The translations under genes were made by a program, and so were the position numbers. A stretch of DNA of 64,000 nucleotides from Candidatus Nomurabacteria bacterium (GTDB lineage Bacteria > Patescibacteriota > Minisyncoccia > Phycocordibacterales > SBAW01), in contig CALQYT010000003.1 in the NCBI GenBank assembly GCA_943348815.1, forward strand, positions 4,679 to 68,678, written 5' to 3'. Shown piece after piece: positions 39,470 to 49,921 of this stretch (positions are counted from its first letter, which is position 1; each line of letters opens with the position of its first letter). A model generated the notes under the pieces. The model was given only the letters and a program-made list of their open reading frames with translations, made no database searches and was not told the DNA's origin.

Positions 39470-40009
39470 TCAGTTTCGGGCAAACGAAAGAATCTCGTCG
39501 TAAGGAATGTTTGCAGGGTCTGTTGTATCAACTTCAAGAAGGCTACCGACTCCAAGCGGAGAATCTTTTCCTTTTCTTAAAGTTGTCTCTGCGTATTCCT
39601 TTAACTTCTCTCCGGCAAAAGTATGATGCACCGGATGTCGCTTCCGTGCGTAAAAACGATCAATAAGAATTTGACCATCCGCGTGGCAAAAAATTTCGCG
39701 TACTTCTATTTTCGAATCTTTTAAGTAAGAAAGAAATTTATTCGTTTCTTCGCCGGACATAAAATTACCCTCAATAATGAGAGATACCTTATTTTCTAAG
39801 CAACGCTTTGCTACAAAAAAAAGAAGGGTAAAACTAGCCTTTCAAAATGGTCTGGTACTTTCGTGGTCCGTAAAGCCAATAGTATCCGCAAGCAATTCTT
39901 TGAAATCATCTTTCGAAAAAGCCGGGGAACCTAAATCTTTTGACAGTCGTTCAACGAGCGTCGTTTTTCCGCTCGCGGGCAACCCATTTACGATGACGAG
40001 CTTCAGCAT
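39470..40009 (-). pseudogene. AAA_33-type P-loop kinase interrupted by a single in-frame TGA (39842-39844)
   Basis: GLPASGKTT..SKDDFKE..TRPF*KASFTLLFFVAKRCLENKVSLIIEGNFMSGEE..RFYARKRHPVH continues in the same frame across the stop. Confidence 0.85.
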
Positions 40010-40017
40010 TACGGAAA

Positions 40018-41028
40018 CTATACATGCTTTCCGGCCTCCTTCACATGGCGTAACAGTGTATGCGCGTACCCCATTTCGTTGTCGTACCAAGCAAGCACTT
40101 TGACCAGGTTGCCCCCAACGACACGCGTCATCTCTAAATCGGCAATCGAGGCGTACGGATTACCGATGATGTCGGATGAAACGAGCGGCTCGTCGCTTAC
40201 GGCAAATATCCCCTGCCAACGCGGAGAGGCGGCGGCTTTGCGCAAAATGTCGTTTACTTCTTCTTTACTCGTATCTTTTTTGGTCACAAACGTAAGGTCG
40301 ACATACGAGCCGGCGGGCGTGGGTACGCGCACGGAGATACCATCAAAAAACGGCACCCCTTCGACCGCTTTAGTTACCGTCGTTGCGGCACCGGTTGAGG
40401 ACGGCACTATATTTTGTGCGGCTCCTCTGCCCTCGCGCCAATCTTTTTTATTCGGCGCATCGACAATCGACTGACTCGCGGTGTACGAGTGTATGGTGTC
40501 GAGAAGCGCTTTTTCGATATCGAGCGTCTCTTCGATAATCGCGACAATCGGGCTCGCCGCATTGGTGGTACACGAACCATTGGAGGTTACCGTGCAGGCC
40601 TTCAACTTTTCTTCGTTGATACCGACCAACACTACCGCCGAATTAGGTATCGGATCTCCTTTTGGCGGCGCGGATATTACTACCTTTTTTGCCCCGGCAT
40701 CAATATGGAGTTTGGCTTTTTCATATTCGGTAAAAAAACCCGTGGACTCTACCGCCACCTCTATCTGCATATCCTTCCACGGCAATTTGGCCGGATCTTT
40801 TTCGGCCGTGACTTTAATTCTTTTGGCACCCACCACCAATTCGCCCCCTTCGACAGAAACCTGGCCGGGGAATTGCCGATACACCGAATCGTATTTTAAA
40901 AGGTACGCAAGGTTGTTTATGTCGCCAAGGTCGTTGATTGCCACCACCTCGACCTCCGGGTCGTGCACGGCGGCGCGCATAAACGCGCGGCCTATGCGCC
41001 CAAACCCATTGATAGCAACGCGCGTCAT
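40018..41028 (-). CDS. gap: Type I glyceraldehyde-3-phosphate dehydrogenase
   Basis: INGFGRIGR, SNGSCTTN, STGAA, RVPT, WYDNEMGY. Confidence 0.97.
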   Translation of the reverse strand: MTRVAINGFGRIGRAFMRAAVHDPEVEVVAINDLGDINNLAYLLKYDSVYRQFPGQVSVEGGELVVGAKRIKVTAEKDPAKLPWKDMQIEVAVESTGFFTEYEKAKLHIDAGAKKVVISAPPKGDPIPNSAVVLVGINEEKLKACTVTSNGSCTTNAASPIVAIIEETLDIEKALLDTIHSYTASQSIVDAPNKKDWREGRGAAQNIVPSSTGAATTVTKAVEGVPFFDGISVRVPTPAGSYVDLTFVTKKDTSKEEVNDILRKAAASPRWQGIFAVSDEPLVSSDIIGNPYASIADLEMTRVVGGNLVKVLAWYDNEMGYAHTLLRHVKEAGKHV

Positions 41029-41049
41029 GCAGTTATTTTAGCAGGCTTT

Positions 41050-44000
41050 TTAGCGCTCGATGAACCCAGGCAATAAGGTAACGGTCGTAGAGGTGCTATA
41101 CGTACCGCCTACGCCGTCCGAACATGTAAACGTATATTTGCTTGCCGTGTTGATAGTAAGCGGGTTGGAACTTCCTTGCTTGGTCGTATCACTCAAGCCA
41201 GGACCGGACACTGCGCAAGACGATTGCGGGAGATTTAACAACAAATCTGGAGTACCGGTAGTCCAACTTATCGTGGTCTGGCTACCTTTGCGCAGGCGGG
41301 TCGGGCTCGCGATGATAGAAATATTGGAAAGCTCCGCCGGGGTAAAAGTTTGTCCCGCACCTGCCGCAATGGAAACCGCCTTACTAGAGCCGGTAGGGTT
41401 ACAACTAACCGTATAAGAGCCCCCCGCAACTTGTTGAGAGCCGCTCCGAGCTACCGCGCCTATCCCCGTTATAGTAGCGCCCGTGTCGCCAAGGTTAGCC
41501 GGGCAGCACCAATTGATAGTCGGATTTCCATTTCCTCCGGGTAAGACTTTGCTCCCTGCTCCGCCAGATGCCCCGGCCTTACAACTCCAATCGCAGGTTT
41601 GAGAGATTGAATCGTCACAGGTAGTTGGCACAACGGCGACACGGGTTGTAGTTGCATAGGTTCCTCCAGCTACAGCCGTGCACGAGAGAGAGTAGGTAGT
41701 GCTCGCGGTGAGATTTCCGGTTGAGTATGGCGGAGAGGCTGCAGCGCTGTTGTTGATCCCCACAGAGGTAGGTGAGCTGTCAGGAGTTACCGAGCAACTA
41801 CCGTTGTTGGTATAGAGAGATGTCCAGGTAAGGTTTGCTGGAGTGTATTTGGGTACCAAGGCAGTAACAAGAGGGTCCAAGCTACTGCTGAAGGAAGCGT
41901 TGCTCTGGTTTCGGCCATAGATATTTAAGACCGGAAGGATTTTTACCGTTGTTGAAATTTTAACCGCCACACCCATGTCGGTTGGAGTGCATTGCAAAGT
42001 GTATAGGTTGGTAAAGGATGAGAGCGCGGGCGTCGTGTAGGTACAGTTGGAAGAGGTACAGGTGCCACCTTGCGCAGGAGTGGAACCTTGAGTTGCATTG
42101 GTGGTCAACGAATTGTTTTGCTTCCAAATAGGGGGTGGCACCGAAAAGTCGAAGTGGAAGCCGTTGGGACCGTAGGCTCCACAGGTATTTGAGTCATAGG
42201 CTTTGGGCCGCCAATAACCGTTGGTATCATATTCGCCAAAACAACTGGGCGTAAGCTGTTGTCCATCTACCAGATAAAGATCTGACATATACCCATCAAA
42301 CGGATAGGTGGACCCGTTGTAAGTACTGACGTAGTGGTTGACTGCCTGATTAATACCCAGCAGCGCATTTTGGGCTGGGTTATTGAGTGTTGCAAAAGAA
42401 GTTACTTCGGTACCATCAACATAGAGGCGCACGCGATTGTTGGCAGTAGCCTGGGTAGTGTCAACCGCTACCACAAGATGTATCCACGCCGAGGGATCGC
42501 GGAATATTTTGTTCGTCGTTCTCAAACTCGTGGCCCACGTGGTGATATTTAACTGGTCACTAGCATTAAAATCGATACCCAACCAGGTGTTCTCTCCACT
42601 TTGAGTACCATTTGCAGTGAAAAGATACTGACTACTGCCAAGCGTGCTGCGCTTGACCCATCCACTCCAGGTCCATTTTTGGCGGTTGCCGGCGATACCG
42701 GTGCGCAACATAGAGCTACTATCGGCAGCACTAAAGCGGCCTGAGTAAGAAATTTTATAGCCGTCGGTCGAAGTCGCCCCTGCACTGTATTTAAAAGGAA
42801 TATCGGCGAACGTCGAATAAATATACGTCCCGCCAGAGGCGTTGTAGTCGGTTCCACCTGAGCGAAGTTTAAATCCGTTGCTTAAAATATCGAGATCAGG
42901 GTTGTTGCCGCCAATCTCGGTGGTCGCACCGTTTGGGTAGAGACGTGCATTACCTTGGTACGCCGTGTTGGGCTCACGGGCGGTGTCCCAAATGTACCAG
43001 CCGTTTATGGAAGATGTGTCAGTGCGTTTAATCATCACAAAGCGCGGCTTGAAACCGATGTTAACGAACGGCCCGTCAGTCGAACCATTGCCGGTATAGG
43101 AACCGAATTTTGAAAAGCCCGGCACAGCTTTAAATAGATATGCTATGTACGATGCTCCCGTAGCGGGTGTATAGGTGATGACAATGAGTCCACCGCGCCC
43201 ACTCCCTGAAGCGGTACCAGAGCCGTAACCCGCACCACCGCCTCCGGCACCATAGTTACCGCCGGTGCCTCCCGAACTACCATTGCCGGCGCCACCGCCA
43301 CCGCCCGAGCCATGCGTGCTATCAAACTCTGTGCCCGCGGTACCGGAACTTCCGTTATAGGCACCACCGGTACCGCCGAAGCCCGCATCGCCCGATCCCG
43401 CAACGCCGACCGCGCCGTTGTTGCCAGCACCACTAGGCCCAGCCGCGCCGCCACCACCACCGGTACCACCACTGGTAGAACCGTTACCGCCATTACCTCC
43501 TTTAGATCCGGTCCCTATTACTACCGTGCCTCCGGCACCACCGCCACCGCCGCCGCTACTGCCCCAGGTGCCACCGGCACCGCCATGAACTCCCACAACC
43601 GAACTTCCTACTCCGCAGTTAGAGCTGGTGCTGCACAGGTACGTGTCCGTGCCGGCAAGACCGTTGGCTGTGCTGGACACCGCCGAACCGCCTGAACCCA
43701 CTTGGAAGTAAATGTTCGAACTTGGCGTGAGCGAAACGTTGCTAGTCGATGCGTAACCGCCCGCGCCGCCCGCGCCGCCGCCAGTCGGATAGCCGCTCCC
43801 GTAGCCGCTTCCGCCGCCGCTACCCCCGCCGCCAATGACCTCTATCTTATTATTTGAAGAATTCCAATCGGCGGGCACAGTCCAACTGGTACCTGAAGTA
43901 AGGAAAATAGTTTGTACACCACCGCCATTAGTATTGTTGGTGCTGTTGTTAGTCACCATAAATTGTGACGAAGAGAAATTACCGGTCCCCCACGGGCTGT

Positions 44001-46701
44001 TGGTAGTGCTTGGTGCATTAACACTATCGAGCATCAAATAAGAGGTCGGGCCAGCAAGTGCACTATGCCAGGCATACCAATCACCGGCAGCGTCGAGACG
44101 CTTTACGAGCACAAAATCGGGAGTGCTACCCAAACTGTGGGTGATGTTTCGGTTCGCCGTGTTGTTGCCACCGTAGCTGACAATATCGAATCCTGGAGTT
44201 ACTCCCTTTTTCCACATCCACGCAACGTAATTGCTGAACGGATCGTTGGTGTTACCTCCACCACCCGCACCTGCGGTAACCGTAAAACCGTCCGGATTAA
44301 ATGCCGAGAGATATCCGTTGCTGTCGTTCGTGGTCTCAACACTGGTCGAGTTGGTAAAGAGGCTCTTAGCGATACCACGGATTGAGTCGTAGAGATTGTT
44401 CCAATTGCTGTTGGTGCGATTTTTGATCCACACCAAGTCAGGCTGGAAGGCGAACCCGCCTACCGTAATAGGCGGCACCGCCGGAGGTCCGAGCGAAGTG
44501 TATGAAATTACGATCTTACCTTGCGCGCCGCCCGTGCCGCTACCCCCGCCCCAATTACCACCACTGCCACCATTGCCGTATCCCCCTCCGATACTCCCTG
44601 CGGCGGCGCCTCCTGCACCACCAGGAATACCCGCAGCGCCTCCACCGGCGGTACCAGAAGAAAGTGTTGTACCTACCGAGCCAGTACCGCCAGCACCACC
44701 AGCACTACTCGTATCACCCGAACACTCACCTCGCAATCCGCCCGTGGCACAAACATTATTTGAGCCGGCAGAACATGCGCCTACATAACTGGTTCCTCCA
44801 TCAGAGGGTCCATTGTTGCATGCCCCACCGGCGCCGGCGCCACCAACTTGTATAGCAACACTACTCCCGGCCGTTAGGCCGACGTTGCTTCTGCTTGCAT
44901 AACCGCCACCTCCGCCACCGCCGCCACCTCCGCCGGCCGCACCATTTCCACCACCACCACCACCGACAACCTTGATGGTATTAACAGAAGGATTCCAATC
45001 GGTGGGCACGATAAAGCAACTTCCTGAAGTAAACGTCAGGGTGACTACGGTGCCGACCGTAGAAGGACTAAAAGACTGGCACGCTGAGGGCGGGCCTGCA
45101 TTGCCCCACGTCGCTACATCAAAATAACTTTTCGGTTTTGCTATCGTTGGCGTCGCAAGATTGTCGGTTGAGATTGCTTTAAACCCGGTCGGCGGTTGAT
45201 ATTTAAAGTAACCGCCGTAGCTTGCCGTGTAGTCAGTAAGCCCGGTCTGGCCGCCTTGGCCAAAGTTGACGTACGTTTTGCCGTTGAAGCTCGCAAGGCC
45301 CGGGTACCCATTGGAAACGGTGCCTACCGAGCCGGTGCCGCTTGCGGGGACGGCGCTGTTTTGCCATACACCATTTTTAGAAAAATATACTTTGCCGCTG
45401 TCAGCGTCGTACGCTACGCCAATAATGTCAGTGTTAGTAAATGAACTAAGAGTGGTCAGCAAAGTATTGCCATTCGTGTATACCTGGCCGGTCGAGTAAT
45501 AACCGATACCGCTGTCGCCGTAGTGCCCCGGGTACGCCCCCTGACTAGAGCTGGGGAAAATAACGTTTTTAAAAATTCCAGGGATCGGATACCCGCTGCC
45601 GGTACCGCCGACGGTGTATTCCCAATACCACTTACCCGACGTAAGTTGCCAGCCCGCATCGGCTCCGTAGTTGCCACTTAACGACAAACCCGTATCAACC
45701 ACTGATCCTTTAGTATAACTAGCGGCATAGTAATACATCGGATTAAGGATTGGAAAACTATTAGTCGGTGTGTCAATCACTTGGTCCTCCACTTGCAGAC
45801 CATTGAGGGTTGCATTGGTACCGCCCGAGGCGTCGTTGCCCATATCTCCGAGGACACTGCCTTTAAATACCGAGCAGGAGTTGGCTACTATGCCGCTCGC
45901 CGACCACGTGAGGAGGCTCGTGCCGCCGTATTGTACATTTTGCGGTGTTGCGGTGATAGACATCGTGGCTGTAGAAACTCCTATCACTACCGTCTTATCG
46001 GGCTGTGAACCACTTAAACCTCCTCCGCAGTGCAAAGTATAAGTCGTCGTTTGAGTAGGATTGACGGTCATTTGACCGTAATAGGTCCCTGCCGGTATAG
46101 AGGGAAGTACTGCGCCCGTGCTTGCCGTAACCGTTATAGGACCCGAGGTAATCGGAAAACTGCCGGAATTGGGAGCGCCTGTGTTGTCATACACGAGGAC
46201 ATTTTGATAGGGCTGGCATGCCCAATCGAGCTGTACCGATGTACCTGAAAATACCAGGATGTTACTGCCTGCATTATTAACATTGGAAGAGACATACCAA
46301 GAGGTACAAAGGCTGGAACTATTTTGATTGCAGGTATAGACCGTGTTCGCATATTTCCCCGCGTTATCATTCCCCGGTTGAGTAACACTTAAAGCCGCTG
46401 TTTGAATGCTGTAATAGCAATTGGGGTAGGCACTGAAAGCATTAATCGTACAGTTCAGATACGACGGGTACGGTACCTGCGTGTTGTAATAACTTCCAAC
46501 CGCTGACTGCCAATACGGCACCGCGGCCACTTCTACCGCAGCAATTAAATGCACCCGTTCAAGCGCCACTCGTACCCAAGATGGCATTCCGGGCAGGCTA
46601 CCGGTAAGTGCCAGACCAATCAAAATAAGCAGCGCCGCGCCGGCACAAAGACCCGAAAGAGTCTTTAGTTTTGATTTAGAAAATTGGCGCAGTCGATCCA
46701 T
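41050..46701 (-). CDS. 1883-aa surface protein: N-terminal TM, Cys-paired beta repeats, SPRY, Gly-rich modules, phage-fibre-like repeats and LamG domain
   Basis: SGKWYWEY..DIIGVAYDADSGKVYFSKNGVW (SPRY); FQPDLVWIKNR; FGSYTGNGSTDGPFV.IGFKPRFVMIKR; WTWSGWVKRS..WIHLVVAVDT..RLYVDG (LamG); TWS..SC..YTL.C repeats. Confidence 0.88.
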   Translation of the reverse strand: MDRLRQFSKSKLKTLSGLCAGAALLILIGLALTGSLPGMPSWVRVALERVHLIAAVEVAAVPYWQSAVGSYYNTQVPYPSYLNCTINAFSAYPNCYYSIQTAALSVTQPGNDNAGKYANTVYTCNQNSSSLCTSWYVSSNVNNAGSNILVFSGTSVQLDWACQPYQNVLVYDNTGAPNSGSFPITSGPITVTASTGAVLPSIPAGTYYGQMTVNPTQTTTYTLHCGGGLSGSQPDKTVVIGVSTATMSITATPQNVQYGGTSLLTWSASGIVANSCSVFKGSVLGDMGNDASGGTNATLNGLQVEDQVIDTPTNSFPILNPMYYYAASYTKGSVVDTGLSLSGNYGADAGWQLTSGKWYWEYTVGGTGSGYPIPGIFKNVIFPSSSQGAYPGHYGDSGIGYYSTGQVYTNGNTLLTTLSSFTNTDIIGVAYDADSGKVYFSKNGVWQNSAVPASGTGSVGTVSNGYPGLASFNGKTYVNFGQGGQTGLTDYTASYGGYFKYQPPTGFKAISTDNLATPTIAKPKSYFDVATWGNAGPPSACQSFSPSTVGTVVTLTFTSGSCFIVPTDWNPSVNTIKVVGGGGGGNGAAGGGGGGGGGGGYASRSNVGLTAGSSVAIQVGGAGAGGACNNGPSDGGTSYVGACSAGSNNVCATGGLRGECSGDTSSAGGAGGTGSVGTTLSSGTAGGGAAGIPGGAGGAAAGSIGGGYGNGGSGGNWGGGSGTGGAQGKIVISYTSLGPPAVPPITVGGFAFQPDLVWIKNRTNSNWNNLYDSIRGIAKSLFTNSTSVETTNDSNGYLSAFNPDGFTVTAGAGGGGNTNDPFSNYVAWMWKKGVTPGFDIVSYGGNNTANRNITHSLGSTPDFVLVKRLDAAGDWYAWHSALAGPTSYLMLDSVNAPSTTNSPWGTGNFSSSQFMVTNNSTNNTNGGGVQTIFLTSGTSWTVPADWNSSNNKIEVIGGGGSGGGSGYGSGYPTGGGAGGAGGYASTSNVSLTPSSNIYFQVGSGGSAVSSTANGLAGTDTYLCSTSSNCGVGSSVVGVHGGAGGTWGSSGGGGGGAGGTVVIGTGSKGGNGGNGSTSGGTGGGGGAAGPSGAGNNGAVGVAGSGDAGFGGTGGAYNGSSGTAGTEFDSTHGSGGGGGAGNGSSGGTGGNYGAGGGGAGYGSGTASGSGRGGLIVITYTPATGASYIAYLFKAVPGFSKFGSYTGNGSTDGPFVNIGFKPRFVMIKRTDTSSINGWYIWDTAREPNTAYQGNARLYPNGATTEIGGNNPDLDILSNGFKLRSGGTDYNASGGTYIYSTFADIPFKYSAGATSTDGYKISYSGRFSAADSSSMLRTGIAGNRQKWTWSGWVKRSTLGSSQYLFTANGTQSGENTWLGIDFNASDQLNITTWATSLRTTNKIFRDPSAWIHLVVAVDTTQATANNRVRLYVDGTEVTSFATLNNPAQNALLGINQAVNHYVSTYNGSTYPFDGYMSDLYLVDGQQLTPSCFGEYDTNGYWRPKAYDSNTCGAYGPNGFHFDFSVPPPIWKQNNSLTTNATQGSTPAQGGTCTSSNCTYTTPALSSFTNLYTLQCTPTDMGVAVKISTTVKILPVLNIYGRNQSNASFSSSLDPLVTALVPKYTPANLTWTSLYTNNGSCSVTPDSSPTSVGINNSAAASPPYSTGNLTASTTYSLSCTAVAGGTYATTTRVAVVPTTCDDSISQTCDWSCKAGASGGAGSKVLPGGNGNPTINWCCPANLGDTGATITGIGAVARSGSQQVAGGSYTVSCNPTGSSKAVSIAAGAGQTFTPAELSNISIIASPTRLRKGSQTTISWTTGTPDLLLNLPQSSCAVSGPGLSDTTKQGSSNPLTINTASKYTFTCSDGVGGTYSTSTTVTLLPGFIER

Positions 46702-46722
46702 GGGTTCAAGTATAAAAGAGTT

Positions 46723-47664
46723 TTATGGCGTCGAGGTCGCACTATCCCCCTCAATCGGAGCACTCGATGCCTCGACCGTGCCGGGTTTAGGATCGACTAC
46801 TACGGTGCGAGTCACCGACACCGTAGTGCCTGCAGAATCTACCCCGCGGTACTCAATAGTATGGGTGCCAGCTACCGTGGCATCAATAGAGGGCGACACC
46901 TGTTCGGCCCCATCCACGAATATTTTAAAACCAAGAGGAGCATCGGGGCCTGTGGCGACGGCACCCAAGTCCACAAAGCCCGCACCAATGGGAATATGCG
47001 CCGGATTGTTGCCGAGGATTTGGATGGTGAGCAGACTCGTACTCGATTGTGCGGGCCCACTTGTTTGGGCTCCCGTATTCGCAGAGGAACCGCCAACGGC
47101 AGCGGTGTTTTGCGATGCAGAATCGGCCACGACTGGCGGTGTCACCACCGGTGTATAACCGGGGAGCGTCTCGGTGGTGTTATCCAGCAACTTACCGACC
47201 AATCCGCCGTAAGAAGTCGCGACCACTTTCTGCGAGATATTTTTCTTTTCTTTGTCTTGCACGTCGCGCAAATACGCGAGCTCGTTGTCGATAACATTTT
47301 TCAGCTTGCCGGTAACATACAACCCCAAATCGCCGTAGGCCCCTAAGCCTGCCTTACTGACCGTTATAGATTCATTACGGCTGGTATCTTTCCACACATA
47401 ATCATCCAATCCGATCGTGGCAAGACTGTAGGCTACATAATAATTTTCAGTATCTTCGGTGACGCCCGTGATAGTAACCTGTGGCGTATAGGTAGAAAGG
47501 TCTTTGCTAACGATATAAGTGTTGTCAACCGAGAGCACCTGCTGTTGTTGGGAGTACACCGTATCGGGATTAGTAGCGGCAAACGCACTTGCGGTGCCCA
47601 AAAAGACGACCCCTATGAGGAGCGGAACAGCGTTGTTGTACTTAAGAAAATTCAAAACCCGCAT
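46723..47664 (-). CDS. Secreted protein with C-terminal DUF5011/Ig-like domain
   Basis: Signal peptide; IQILGNNPAHI.IG..FVDLGA..IDAT.AGTHTIEY...TRTVVV; TATACT 6 nt before ATG. Confidence 0.8.
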   Translation of the reverse strand: MRVLNFLKYNNAVPLLIGVVFLGTASAFAATNPDTVYSQQQQVLSVDNTYIVSKDLSTYTPQVTITGVTEDTENYYVAYSLATIGLDDYVWKDTSRNESITVSKAGLGAYGDLGLYVTGKLKNVIDNELAYLRDVQDKEKKNISQKVVATSYGGLVGKLLDNTTETLPGYTPVVTPPVVADSASQNTAAVGGSSANTGAQTSGPAQSSTSLLTIQILGNNPAHIPIGAGFVDLGAVATGPDAPLGFKIFVDGAEQVSPSIDATVAGTHTIEYRGVDSAGTTVSVTRTVVVDPKPGTVEASSAPIEGDSATSTP

Positions 47665-47711
47665 GCTCCCAGTATAGCTTAATTTTTGGGGCCAAGACGT
47701 ATACTGAGGCC

Positions 47712-48602
47712 ATGCGATGGGTATTGGTAAGCGGGATCCTACTCCTCCTAGGAATTGGGGCGTTTTTCTTTGCAAAAACTCGCCCCGCGGCGGAAGAGCC
47801 TGGGTGGCGAGCCATGATCGAAAAGGCCGGGCCGGAAAAAGCATACGCACAGTTTGCCGAATCGGTGGCTGCAGAGCCCCCCGGCGAGCAACACACCGCC
47901 GCACACAACTTTGGCGATGCGCTTTACGAGGAAAAAGGGCTCGCCGGACTGTCCGCGTGTGATAGTCGTTTTGGATACGGCTGCTTCCATCAATTGGTTG
48001 GACGAGTTATTGCAGAGCATGGACTCGGGGCAATTGCAGAAATACAACATGTGGTCGGTACATCGAGCGACTCCAACCACGGCGTTGGCCACGGCATACT
48101 CGCCTACCTCGGATACACACTGCCCAAACTCAAACAAGCACTCGCCGTTTGCCCAAGTGGTGGCCCGGCGCCGTGGGATTGCTCGGGGGGTGTGTTTATG
48201 GAATACAACTTCCGTACCATGCTCGGAGAGGGGCCGCGACTACCGGGCAACAATCCGTACGCTCCCTGCGATGCGCTCGAGGGTGTTCAAAAAACAGCTT
48301 GCACTTTTTGGCTGCCCGAATGGTGGGACCGTACTACGTTTGGAGCCGCCGCGACCTCAAGCCAGTCGTTTGCAAACATTGGCGCATACTGCGACGGACT
48401 CCCCAAGGCAGTGCACGGTGCATGTTACGGAGGCACCGGGTACGCGGCTGCCGCTGCGACAGAACAAAATGCGGAAGTCTCGACGTATCTTTGTAACGCA
48501 AGTACAGCCAATACTGCCTATCGTACACTTTGCAATCACTGCGCGGCATATGTCTTTACTACCCGCGGCAAACGTCCAAGCTGCACTCTAAACGAGTTTT
48601 AA
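47712..48602 (+). CDS. Secreted His/Cys-rich repeat protein (paralogue 1)
   Basis: N-term TM; HTAAHNFG, GCFHQ, HGVGHG, CSGGVFME. Confidence 0.85.
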   Translation: MRWVLVSGILLLLGIGAFFFAKTRPAAEEPGWRAMIEKAGPEKAYAQFAESVAAEPPGEQHTAAHNFGDALYEEKGLAGLSACDSRFGYGCFHQLVGRVIAEHGLGAIAEIQHVVGTSSDSNHGVGHGILAYLGYTLPKLKQALAVCPSGGPAPWDCSGGVFMEYNFRTMLGEGPRLPGNNPYAPCDALEGVQKTACTFWLPEWWDRTTFGAAATSSQSFANIGAYCDGLPKAVHGACYGGTGYAAAAATEQNAEVSTYLCNASTANTAYRTLCNHCAAYVFTTRGKRPSCTLNEF

Positions 48603-48603
48603 A

Positions 48604-49902
48604 TTACTGGAGAGCTTTGAGAAGGTCCTCGGCCTGTGTGTAATCGCTTTTTAATTGTAGCGCTGCTTTTGCAAAATTACGTGCCGCGGAAGTATCCCCT
48701 TGTTGCCGGGCCAACACGCCGCGCAAATAGGAGACTTCCGGACGCAGTGGAGAAAGTTTTTCCGCTTTCGCAAGCGAAGAAGTCGCCTCAAAATCCGCCT
48801 GTGGATAATTGACTGACGCAAGGGCAATAAAAAGAGAGGCGCGGGAAATGTGACTTGCGTACTCACTTGGGTTTACTCCCACCGCACGATCGGCATATTG
48901 AATTGCATTCGTTATTTGGAATTTCAAAGCACTTTCATCACCCTGCGTCTGATAGGTGGTAAAGGCTGCTTGCAGAATAGCGCGCGACGCATCACGGTCG
49001 TACTCGGAGACCTCCCAGAGTTTTGCTGCGGTTACCAGTGTTTGCGAACCTTCGAACGCCTGCGCCTCAAACGCTGCAACACCTTGGGTGTGTGTCGACG
49101 ACGCTTGTGTTTGGCGGACAAAAATCCATCCCCCGCCGGCAAATACCCCCGTGACCATTAACAATCCCAAGGCCAGCCACCACCTGCGCAGCGTGTACGA
49201 ACTCTCTCCGGCGAGGCGTGCGCCTAACCCGAGCGCTGCTGCGCCAACATACCACATCCACGGCGAGACGATGGTAAAGCATAAAAATCCAAACACTACT
49301 ACCGCCATGCCAATACAGAGTATTTCGGCGATAGAAAAAGATCGTGCACGCACCGCGCGATAGCCGAGCATCACCGCGGGAGTAAATGCCAACAATACCG
49401 TAAGTATCCCTAAGACACCGATCGTGGCGGCAAACGTAGTGAGCGTACTATACCCATAAAAAAACGACGCATCCCACCACGGAACACTGTTGACCTCAAT
49501 CGGGCGGTATCGTTGCCACACCATATCAAACAGATGCGGTCCCTCACCAACAAGCGCATGCGGAAGCGACTCAAGATACAGCGGTGCGGTGACCACCATG
49601 GTTGCCGTAAGAGAGGGTCGTATTTCAACTTTGTCTTTAGACACAAACCAACCTAGACCGAGTGTGGCTATAAGGATACTCGCAAGAGCAATCGAACAAA
49701 TTTTTATGTAGGCGCGCGGCACAAGCGACGCAAGTGCAATCACCAATACAAAAATAAAAATTGATGCGACGGTGCCCACCTCCATCTGCGCACCCCATAT
49801 CGACCACGCTTGTGCCGGCGAGAGCGCGGTCGAAATACTTGCGACCACGAGTAGTGGTATCCCCGAGAGCACCAACCAACTGCGTGGAATCTCGACTCTC
49901 AT
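48604..49902 (-). CDS. O-antigen-ligase-like polytopic membrane protein with C-terminal TPR
   Basis: Many TM helices, VGEGP..F..VWQRYR..F.YGYS..T.G.LG (Wzy_C-like; usual His absent), TPR-like C-terminus. Confidence 0.7.
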   Translation of the reverse strand: MRVEIPRSWLVLSGIPLLVVASISTALSPAQAWSIWGAQMEVGTVASIFIFVLVIALASLVPRAYIKICSIALASILIATLGLGWFVSKDKVEIRPSLTATMVVTAPLYLESLPHALVGEGPHLFDMVWQRYRPIEVNSVPWWDASFFYGYSTLTTFAATIGVLGILTVLLAFTPAVMLGYRAVRARSFSIAEILCIGMAVVVFGFLCFTIVSPWMWYVGAAALGLGARLAGESSYTLRRWWLALGLLMVTGVFAGGGWIFVRQTQASSTHTQGVAAFEAQAFEGSQTLVTAAKLWEVSEYDRDASRAILQAAFTTYQTQGDESALKFQITNAIQYADRAVGVNPSEYASHISRASLFIALASVNYPQADFEATSSLAKAEKLSPLRPEVSYLRGVLARQQGDTSAARNFAKAALQLKSDYTQAEDLLKALQ

Positions 49903-49921
49903 TTCATATATACTAACAGGT

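Noticed and set aside
47854-48591. 245-aa alternative-frame ORF
   Set aside because: Overlaps the His/Cys paralogue, which is supported by four homologues in the window.
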